IMG/VR virus record: IMGVR_UViG_3300027782_000038
DNA: 64,000 nucleotides
Reading direction: 5' to 3' (one strand)
Source: a virus
Under the pieces are notes generated by a model. The model had not been told where the DNA came from, made no database searches, and was given only the letters and a program-made list of their open reading frames with translations. Made by a program: the position numbers and the translations under genes. The first letter of the stretch is position 1, and the number at the start of each line of letters is the position of its first letter. This document shows positions 49,214 to 54,918 of the stretch, piece after piece.

Positions 49214-49235
49214 TATTAATATGGTATTAACAAAT

Positions 49236-49323
49236 GGGTAGGTGGTAGAGTGGTCTATTGCTCCAGTCTTGAAAACTGGCGACTGGAAACGGTCCGTGGG
49301 TTCGAATCCCACCCTGCCCTCCA
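49236..49323 (+). tRNA. tRNA-Ser(TGA)
   Basis: Long variable arm; loop CT-TGA-AA, CCA. Confidence 0.92.
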
Positions 49324-49374
49324 TTATTGAAAACCAAAATGTACTAAATAAAGTCATACATTTTGGAGATAAAA

Positions 49375-49818
49375 ATGCAAAAAAGATCATCAGCTAGAGA
49401 TTTAGCTATACAGGAAAATAAAAAAACTTATTTAGCTAAACCTTGTAAATCATGCGGTACAAGTGAAAAATATGTAAGTAGTTATAGTTGTGTGAAATGC
49501 AATATTGAAAAGAATTCACATAAATTATTTAATAGTGATTTGATGGAAAAATACAGATCAAAATCAATATTAAATGCAAAAACATATAGGTATCGTTCTA
49601 GAAAAAGAAACCAGATGCCTGATGATGCAGATAAAGAAAAGATATTGGAGTTTTATAAAGAAGCAGAACGATTAACTGAAGAAACAGGAATCTTGTATAG
49701 TGTGGATCATATAATACCTTTATCGAAAGGAGGTCTACACCATCATGATAATTTACAAGTTATCACATTAAGTGAAAATAGTAGAAAGGGGAATAAATTA
49801 TGCCAGCCGTTTTCTTAA
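49375..49818 (+). CDS. HNH endonuclease
   Basis: VDHIIPLSKGGLH..DNLQVI...EN..K motif and N-terminal CxxC pairs. Confidence 0.88.
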   Translation: MQKRSSARDLAIQENKKTYLAKPCKSCGTSEKYVSSYSCVKCNIEKNSHKLFNSDLMEKYRSKSILNAKTYRYRSRKRNQMPDDADKEKILEFYKEAERLTEETGILYSVDHIIPLSKGGLHHHDNLQVITLSENSRKGNKLCQPFS

Positions 49819-50396
49819 CATCAGATAGCCACTTCGGCCACGCCGGTGTTTGTCGTTTTACACACCAAGATACAGGTGTAAAAATTAGACCATGGACAGA
49901 TCCAGATGAAATGGATGAAGCGATGGTCAAACTCTGGAACGAAAAAGTAGGTAAGAATGATAAAGTATATCACCTTGGTGACGTAGTAATTAACCGTAAA
50001 GCTCTTGGTATTATGCGTAGACTTAACGGTGATAAAGTTCTTATTCGTGGTAACCATGATATTTTTCGTGATGATGAATACCGCCAACATTTCAGAGAGC
50101 TTCGTGCTTATCATGTAATGAACGGAATGATTCTTTCACATATTCCACTTCATCCAGATAGTGTAGGTAGATTTGGTACTAACATTCATGGACACCTTCA
50201 TACGAACCGTGTTATGAAGGCGAAAGGAATTAATTATCCGACTGGAGAAATTATCTACAGCGAAACGGAGATTGATCCACGTTATCATTGTGTTTGTGTT
50301 GAACAAACAGATTTTACACCAATTCTTTTTGAAGATGTAATTAAGAGAATTGAAGCACAAGGTGGCAAGGTAGGTTTTCAGAACGGAAATGGGTAG
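49800..50396 (+). CDS. Calcineurin-like metallophosphoesterase
   Basis: SDSHFGH, HLGDV, GNHD, SHIP and HGHLH motifs. Confidence 0.9.
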   Translation: MPAVFLTSDSHFGHAGVCRFTHQDTGVKIRPWTDPDEMDEAMVKLWNEKVGKNDKVYHLGDVVINRKALGIMRRLNGDKVLIRGNHDIFRDDEYRQHFRELRAYHVMNGMILSHIPLHPDSVGRFGTNIHGHLHTNRVMKAKGINYPTGEIIYSETEIDPRYHCVCVEQTDFTPILFEDVIKRIEAQGGKVGFQNGNG

Positions 50397-50478
50397 TTGG
50401 CCGAGCGGTTAAGGCAAGGGATTGCTAATCCCTCATTGGGAAACCGATGGATAGGTTCGATTCCTATACTACCCGCCA
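50391..50478 (+). tRNA. tRNA-Ser(GCT)
   Basis: Long variable arm; loop TT-GCT-AA, CCA. Confidence 0.92.
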
Positions 50479-50486
50479 TTTTTAAT

Positions 50487-50564
50487 AGTGCGATGGCTGA
50501 GTGGTCAAAAGCAACGGATTGCAAATCCGTAAAATCGTCAGTTCAAATCTGACTCGCACTTCCA
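50487..50564 (+). tRNA. tRNA-Cys(GCA)
   Basis: Loop TT-GCA-AA, U73, CCA. Confidence 0.92.
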
Positions 50565-50626
50565 TGTTGTAAGAAAACAACAGATTGTAAAATACTTGTT
50601 GACATATTGTGTGGTTCATGTATAAT
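50565..50626 (+). promoter_or_regulatory. Sigma70 promoter with upstream palindrome
   Basis: TGTTGT-N6-ACAACA, 16-bp gap, TTGACA-16-TATAAT, then AGAGTCT. Confidence 0.8.
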
Positions 50627-50646
50627 AGAGTCTATTGTTTAGTAAT

Positions 50647-50721
50647 GCACCGTTAGACTTCTGGTGAGGTCACCACCCTTTCAAGGTGGCTAGATGGGAT
50701 CGTAACCCATACGGTGTACCA
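50647..50721 (+). tRNA. tRNA-Glu(TTC)
   Basis: Loop CT-TTC-AA, atypical T-loop ATCGTAA, CCA. Confidence 0.85.
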
Positions 50722-50728
50722 GTTTAAT

Positions 50729-50804
50729 GCAGGCATAACTCAACTGGTAGAGTAATCGGCTTTTAACCGATAAGTTGTGAGTTCAAGTCTCACTGCCTGT
50801 ACCA
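50729..50804 (+). tRNA. tRNA-Lys(TTT)
   Basis: Loop CT-TTT-AA, CCA. Confidence 0.92.
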
Positions 50805-50818
50805 AAGAATTTTTTGGT

Positions 50819-50892
50819 GTGACTATGTTGTAACGGTAGCAACGCAGTTTGTGATTCTGCTAGTCTGGGTTCAACTCCCAGTAGTCACCCCA
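50819..50892 (+). tRNA. tRNA-His(GTG)
   Basis: Loop TT-GTG-AT, C73, CCA. Confidence 0.88.
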
Positions 50893-50904
50893 AAAAGTTT
50901 TAAT

Positions 50905-50979
50905 GGCTCGTTAGTATAATGGTTATTACAGAGGATTGTCTATCCTCCTATGGGAGTTCGATTCTCCCACGGGTCGCCA
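50905..50979 (+). tRNA. tRNA-Asp(GTC)
   Basis: Loop TT-GTC-TA, G73, CCA. Confidence 0.92.
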
Positions 50980-50981
50980 AG

Positions 50982-51079
50982 TTTTGCACCTGGCGTAATG
51001 GTAGCGTTACAGGTTAGTATCGAAAGGTATGCCCGAGAGGCGATGCGGGAGGTGCAGGTTCGAATCCTGCGGTGCAAAA
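50982..51079 (+). ncRNA. tRNA-like RNA lacking an anticodon arm and CCA
   Basis: Acceptor TTTTGCACC/GGTGCAAAA, D-like TGGCGTAATGGTAGCG and T-arm GCAGG-TTCGAAT-CCTGC; the middle is replaced by small GAAA/GAGA hairpins. Confidence 0.6.
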
Positions 51080-51088
51080 AAAGTTTAT

Positions 51089-51172
51089 GCGTTGGATGCT
51101 CTAATGGTAGGGCAGCGGGCTGTAACCCCGTGGTTTTAGGACAAGTAGGTTCGATCCCTACCCAACGCACCA
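51089..51172 (+). tRNA. tRNA-Tyr(GTA)
   Basis: Loop CT-GTA-AC, variable arm, CCA. Confidence 0.9.
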
Positions 51173-51242
51173 AGTTTTATTTGGAGAACACTTTAATTGT
51201 ATAAATTGTTCAATTTATAAATACTCCAAAAAGGAGTGTGAT

Positions 51243-51806
51243 ATGTGGTCTTGTAAACATTGTAACGAAGAATTTAATTTTATTACGACTAGTGAAAAAG
51301 GTAATCATACTAGATGGTGTGAAAAAAATCCAAATAGAGTTAGTGTTAATCTTTTAAATTCTATAAAAAATAGAATGATCAATAAATTTGGTGATTATAA
51401 AAAATTTGATGTTATTTGTAATGAATGTAATACAATTTTTATTGTAGAAGAAAGATATAAACTTTTTCCTTCAAAAGAAAAATACTTTTGTTCACGAAAC
51501 TGTGCAAATAGTGTTGGTGGTAAAGCTAAAAGAGAAAAGTATGGTTTAACCGGATATGTTTCTATTGCAAAACAATTTTATGAAGAAAAATGTATAGTTT
51601 GTGGTTATGATGAATTAGTTGATGTTCATCATATAAATGGAGATAGGAATAACAATGAAGCAACAAATTTAGTGTTCCTATGTCCAAATCACCATTATCT
51701 TTTACATAGAAAAAAATCAGAAAAAGTTAAACAAGCAATTTCAGAATTTATAGAAAAAAAATGGGGTCAAGGTGTTGATGACGGCACACGAGATTTGCAA
51801 TCTTGA
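51243..51806 (+). CDS. HNH endonuclease with zinc fingers
   Basis: CIVCG....VDVHHINGDRNNN...NL..LCPNHH motif; late promoter at 51216-51223. Confidence 0.88.
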   Translation: MWSCKHCNEEFNFITTSEKGNHTRWCEKNPNRVSVNLLNSIKNRMINKFGDYKKFDVICNECNTIFIVEERYKLFPSKEKYFCSRNCANSVGGKAKREKYGLTGYVSIAKQFYEEKCIVCGYDELVDVHHINGDRNNNEATNLVFLCPNHHYLLHRKKSEKVKQAISEFIEKKWGQGVDDGTRDLQS

Positions 51807-51837
51807 AGGTAGAGTTTGATTCTCTATGGCTCCACCA
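51763..51837 (+). tRNA. tRNA-Ala(TGC)
   Basis: G3:U70 pair; loop TT-TGC-AA, CCA; overlaps the 3' end of the HNH gene. Confidence 0.82.
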
Positions 51838-51859
51838 AGTTTTAAATAGTGTTCTTTGT

Positions 51860-51934
51860 CTGGGTATATTGTCAATCTGGTAGACGGCCTTGTTTGGAAC
51901 GAGGAGGCTGTAGGTTCAAATCCTACTACCCAGA
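51860..51934 (+). tRNA. tRNA-Pro(TGG), CCA not encoded
   Basis: C1:G72, A73, loop TT-TGG-AA; followed by CAA. Confidence 0.85.
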
Positions 51935-51947
51935 CAAAGAACATTAT

Positions 51948-52022
51948 GGAAGTATAGCGTAGAGGTAGCGCAGCGCCTTCATACGGCGTAGGTCGTAAGT
52001 TCAAATCTTACTACTTCCACCA
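51948..52022 (+). tRNA. tRNA-Met(CAT), elongator type
   Basis: Paired G1:C72; loop TT-CAT-AC, CCA. Confidence 0.87.
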
Positions 52023-52027
52023 GTTTT

Positions 52028-52102
52028 AGGTCCTTAGTAAAATGAATATTACATTTCGCTACGAACGAAAAAGTGAAGGTTTGATTCCTTCAGGACCTTC
52101 CA
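52028..52102 (+). tRNA. tRNA-Arg(ACG)
   Basis: Loop CT-ACG-AA; atypical D and T loops; CCA. Confidence 0.82.
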
Positions 52103-52112
52103 AGTATTAAAT

Positions 52113-52146
52113 GCTGGGGTGCTCAGAGGAAGAGCAATGTGTTGAT
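52113..52146 (+). pseudogene. 5' half-tRNA remnant ending at anticodon GAT (Ile)
   Basis: GCTGGGGT-GCTC-AGAGGAA-GAGC-A-ATGTG-TT-GAT, followed directly by the endonuclease promoter. Confidence 0.6.
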
Positions 52147-52176
52147 CTATACTAAATAAGTATAGGAGAGTAAAAA

Positions 52177-52779
52177 ATGTCAAAATTTCAAATAAAATGT
52201 TGTTGTATTAAATGTAAGATTGAAACTACAACGGGGCAACTTACACGAAATCATAAAGATAAATGTCCGAGTATTAACGTTGTTAAATTTCCTAAAAATA
52301 TAGGAAGAACCGCATGGAATAAAGGATTAACTAAAGAAACTTCTGAATCTTTATCAAAAGCAAGCGAGACTATGAAAAGATTAGGTCACGGTGGGTGGTC
52401 AAAGACAGCTGCTACAAATGGCGGAAAAGCCGGTGGCGGATATAGAGAGAACGCTGGCCGAAGTAAAAAATTCAAAGTAACAGATTCATTCGGAAAAGAA
52501 ACTGTCTTGCAAAGTACATACGAATTAAGATGTAGTGATATATTAAATGAATTAGCAATTAATTGGATTCGTCCAAAAGCGTTAAAATACGATAATAGGA
52601 ATTACTTTGCTGATTTTTACCTGCCAGATTACAATATCTGGCTTGATCCTAAAAATAGTTATAAAGCAAAGCAAGACGAAGAAAAAATAAGAAAAGTGAT
52701 AGAACAAAACAATGTTAAATTATATATTTTGTTAGAAGAACATCTTACTGAAGAATTTATACAACACCTTTGTAGTTAA
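52177..52779 (+). CDS. PD-(D/E)xK-type putative homing endonuclease
   Basis: QSTYE...Y.ADFYLPDYNIWLDPK and AWNKGLTKET (NUMOD-type) motifs. Confidence 0.75.
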   Translation: MSKFQIKCCCIKCKIETTTGQLTRNHKDKCPSINVVKFPKNIGRTAWNKGLTKETSESLSKASETMKRLGHGGWSKTAATNGGKAGGGYRENAGRSKKFKVTDSFGKETVLQSTYELRCSDILNELAINWIRPKALKYDNRNYFADFYLPDYNIWLDPKNSYKAKQDEEKIRKVIEQNNVKLYILLEEHLTEEFIQHLCS

Positions 52780-52839
52780 ATGGTATAACAGCCGCTTGAT
52801 AAGCGGCCATTACAAGTTCAATTCTTGTCGAAGGTACCA
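52766..52839 (+). tRNA. tRNA-Ile(GAT)
   Basis: Loop TT-GAT-AA, CCA; overlaps the endonuclease stop codon. Confidence 0.9.
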
Positions 52840-52845
52840 AGTTTT

Positions 52846-52920
52846 ATCGCTCTAGTGTCAACGGCAGCACAACTGACTCCAAATCAGCTGGTGAGGGTTC
52901 GAATCCTTCGGGCGGTGCCA
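52846..52920 (+). tRNA. tRNA-Trp(CCA)
   Basis: Loop CT-CCA-AA, G73, CCA. Confidence 0.9.
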
Positions 52921-52928
52921 AGTTTTAA

Positions 52929-53002
52929 GCGGGTATGATGTAAAGGTAACCTGACACCTTGCCAAGGTGTATTTGAGAGTTCGATTCTCTCTACCCGCTC
53001 CA
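52929..53002 (+). tRNA. tRNA-Gly(GCC)
   Basis: GCG acceptor, U73, loop TT-GCC-AA. Confidence 0.92.
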
Positions 53003-53022
53003 TTTAACAAGGAGAATATATT

Positions 53023-53499
53023 GTGCGTACTATTGATATTCAAGAAGTAAAATCTTTCATCGAGTCTCAGGGTCCTGATACAAAGATTTATATTGGTGGT
53101 GACTCCGAAAGATTTAATCTTGGTAATGTATGGTACGCTGATTACACTCTTGCTATTGTTGTTCATGTGAATGGAAACAATGGTTGTAAAATTTTCGGTG
53201 AAGTTCAACGTGAACGTGATTGGGATGCTAAAAAAGACCGACCACGGATGCGATTAATGAATGAGGTTTATAAGATTGCCGAATTATATTTAAAGTTACA
53301 AGATGTATTAGAAGATCGTGTGGTAGAAGTTCACTTGGACATTAATCCAAACGAAATGCATGGTTCATCTTGTGTTATTAATGAAGCAATAGGTTACATC
53401 AAAGGTATGTGTAATGTTATTCCTTTGGTTAAACCACAAGCGTTTGCTGCTTCTTATGCAGCAGATAGATTGAAGTTTGTTTTAGATAGAGCAGCATAA
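53023..53499 (+). CDS. YkuK-family RNase H-like protein
   Basis: IYIGGDS, EVHLDIN..G.S and KP.AFAAS.AAD motifs. Confidence 0.8.
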   Translation: MRTIDIQEVKSFIESQGPDTKIYIGGDSERFNLGNVWYADYTLAIVVHVNGNNGCKIFGEVQRERDWDAKKDRPRMRLMNEVYKIAELYLKLQDVLEDRVVEVHLDINPNEMHGSSCVINEAIGYIKGMCNVIPLVKPQAFAASYAADRLKFVLDRAA

Positions 53500-53500
53500 C

Positions 53501-53575
53501 GGATTCTTAGCACAGCGGTAGTGCGGCTCCCTTACAAGGAGTAGGTCGTAGGTTCAATCCCTACAGAATCCACCA
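53501..53575 (+). tRNA. tRNA-Val(TAC)
   Basis: Loop CT-TAC-AA, CCA. Confidence 0.92.
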
Positions 53576-53580
53576 ATACT

Positions 53581-53656
53581 GCTGACTTAGCTGATGTGGT
53601 CATAGCGGCGGTTTGAAGAACCGTTGAAGTTGGTTCGATTCCAACAGTTAGCACCA
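53581..53656 (+). tRNA. tRNA-Phe(GAA)
   Basis: Loop TT-GAA-GA, CCA. Confidence 0.9.
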
Positions 53657-53661
53657 GAATT

Positions 53662-53738
53662 GCCTCGGTGACGTAATTGGTAGCCGTGTTGGTCTTAGAA
53701 ACCAAATTCTGTGGGTTCGAGTCCCACCTGAGGCACCA
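53662..53738 (+). tRNA. tRNA-Leu(TAG) with short variable loop
   Basis: Leu-type D-arm; loop CT-TAG-AA; 5-nt variable region; CCA. Confidence 0.85.
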
Positions 53739-53747
53739 AGTTTACCA

Positions 53748-53785
53748 ATATATCACTTGACTTTAAAACTTGAGTGATATATAAT
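53748..53785 (+). promoter_or_regulatory. Sigma70 promoter overlapped by an inverted repeat
   Basis: TTGACT(53757)-17-TATAAT(53780); ATATATCACT...AGTGATATAT. Confidence 0.6.
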
Positions 53786-53800
53786 AGTATATAAGAGTTA

Positions 53801-53875
53801 GCCCTCATAGTATAATGGCCATTACAGTTGACTTGTAATCATCAAATCCTAGTTCGATTCCAGGTGGGGGCACCA
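53801..53875 (+). tRNA. tRNA-Thr(TGT)
   Basis: Loop CT-TGT-AA, CCA. Confidence 0.88.
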
Positions 53876-53885
53876 AAGTTTTTAT

Positions 53886-53951
53886 GCGGCGTGTTTAGGA
53901 CAGTGAAGGTGACCAACCTGATCTCTAGTGTCGAAACTAGGCGCCGCTCCA
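53886..53951 (+). ncRNA. Degenerate 66-nt tRNA-Gly-like RNA (possible ACC anticodon)
   Basis: Acceptor GCGGCGT/GCGCCGC with U73 and CCA; reduced D-arm; non-canonical T-loop. Confidence 0.6.
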
Positions 53952-53972
53952 GTTTTTTTATTGTGAGATAAT

Positions 53973-54197
53973 ATGTTTGTTAAATTGACCAATGCTAATC
54001 CTGCTTTTTCAGGTAAACCACTTCTTATTAGGAAAGATTTAATTGTGACTGTGTACGAAGGTACACTAACGCATGAGGATACTTCTACTGAATCAGTAAC
54101 GTTTGTTTTTGCACCACCTCATGGTGAGTGGCAAGTTAAAGAAAGTGTTGAAGAAGTATTACGATCATTAAGAATTGCAACAACAAAGTTAGATTGA
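53973..54197 (+). CDS. Small FlbD-like protein
   Basis: MFVKLT.....G.P..I..DLI..V.E....T......VKESVEEV pattern. Confidence 0.5.
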   Translation: MFVKLTNANPAFSGKPLLIRKDLIVTVYEGTLTHEDTSTESVTFVFAPPHGEWQVKESVEEVLRSLRIATTKLD

Positions 54198-54205
54198 AGT
54201 TTTAT

Positions 54206-54281
54206 TCCCCAGTAGCTCAGTCGGTAGAGCAAAACACTGTTAATGTTTGGGTCATTGGTTCAAGTCCAGTCTGGGGAGCCA
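54206..54281 (+). tRNA. tRNA-Asn(GTT)
   Basis: TCC acceptor; loop CT-GTT-AA, G73, CCA. Confidence 0.93.
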
Positions 54282-54302
54282 TTTTATAAAAAAGGTAGTA
54301 AT

Positions 54303-54500
54303 ATGAAAGCAGTTTTGTCTAGTGTTATATCAGTATTGGCACTTACTGGATGTGTAGTAACAGATCCATATTATGTTCAACCTGTGCCAATATATGTTCA
54401 ACCTAGACCTGTGTATATCGTTCCGCAAGTTCGTTGTTATTATATGCAACAATGGAATGGTTATAAAAGACAATATCAAACTGTTCATATTTGTCGTTAA
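54303..54500 (+). CDS. Small putative lipoprotein
   Basis: MKAVLSSVISVLALTG-C lipobox; Pro/Tyr-rich mature part. Confidence 0.65.
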   Translation: MKAVLSSVISVLALTGCVVTDPYYVQPVPIYVQPRPVYIVPQVRCYYMQQWNGYKRQYQTVHICR

Positions 54501-54511
54501 GAAGTAAATAT

Positions 54512-54585
54512 GCGAGATTAGTTTAATGGTAAAACTCCTTCCTTCCAAGTAGGTGTCATCAGTTCGATTCTGATATCTCGCTCCA
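54512..54585 (+). tRNA. tRNA-Gly(TCC)
   Basis: GCG acceptor, U73, loop CT-TCC-AA. Confidence 0.9.
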
Positions 54586-54606
54586 CTTAATTTATGGAGA
54601 TTTAAT

Positions 54607-54918
54607 ATGGAAATTATTGCTTTAAAATTAATTACAGGTGAAGATGTTTTAGGTGAACTTGAATCTGAAACAGAACTTGTTGTAGTATTATCTAATCCAG
54701 TTGGTATCGCTGTCGTTCGTGGTAAAGACGGTACACCAAATATCGGATTCTCGCCGTTCCCTATTCATGCGGAACAAAAAAAAGACAACTCAATTGTTTT
54801 CTTAAATAAACACGTTGTTTATCATTATATACCAGCTGAAGATTTTATTACAAATTACAAACAAATCTTTGGTTCAGGTATCGTAGTTCCACCCCAAAAA
54901 CAGATTATTACAGGTTAA
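54607..54918 (+). CDS. Conserved T4-like hypothetical protein (Sm-like fold likely)
   Basis: LKLITGEDVLG...NPV...Y...FGSGIV.P pattern; directly upstream of gp43. Confidence 0.65.
   Translation: MEIIALKLITGEDVLGELESETELVVVLSNPVGIAVVRGKDGTPNIGFSPFPIHAEQKKDNSIVFLNKHVVYHYIPAEDFITNYKQIFGSGIVVPPQKQIITG

Noticed and set aside
47320-52022. Initiator tRNA-fMet
   Set aside because: Both CAT tRNAs have a paired 1:72 position and lack the three consecutive G:C anticodon-stem pairs.
48638-54548. ORF-track entries overlapping tRNAs (e.g. 48638-48904 -, 48920-49390 -, 50940-51173 -, 50950-51204 +, 51741-52004 -, 52858-53208 -, and the 5' parts of 47488 and 54243)
   Set aside because: These are shadows of GC-richer tRNA and regulatory sequence, with no RBS or protein motifs.
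46761-54585. Stop-codon reassignment or suppressor tRNAs
   Set aside because: No CTA, TTA or TCA anticodon was found, and core genes are intact in the standard code using TAA, TGA and TAG stops.
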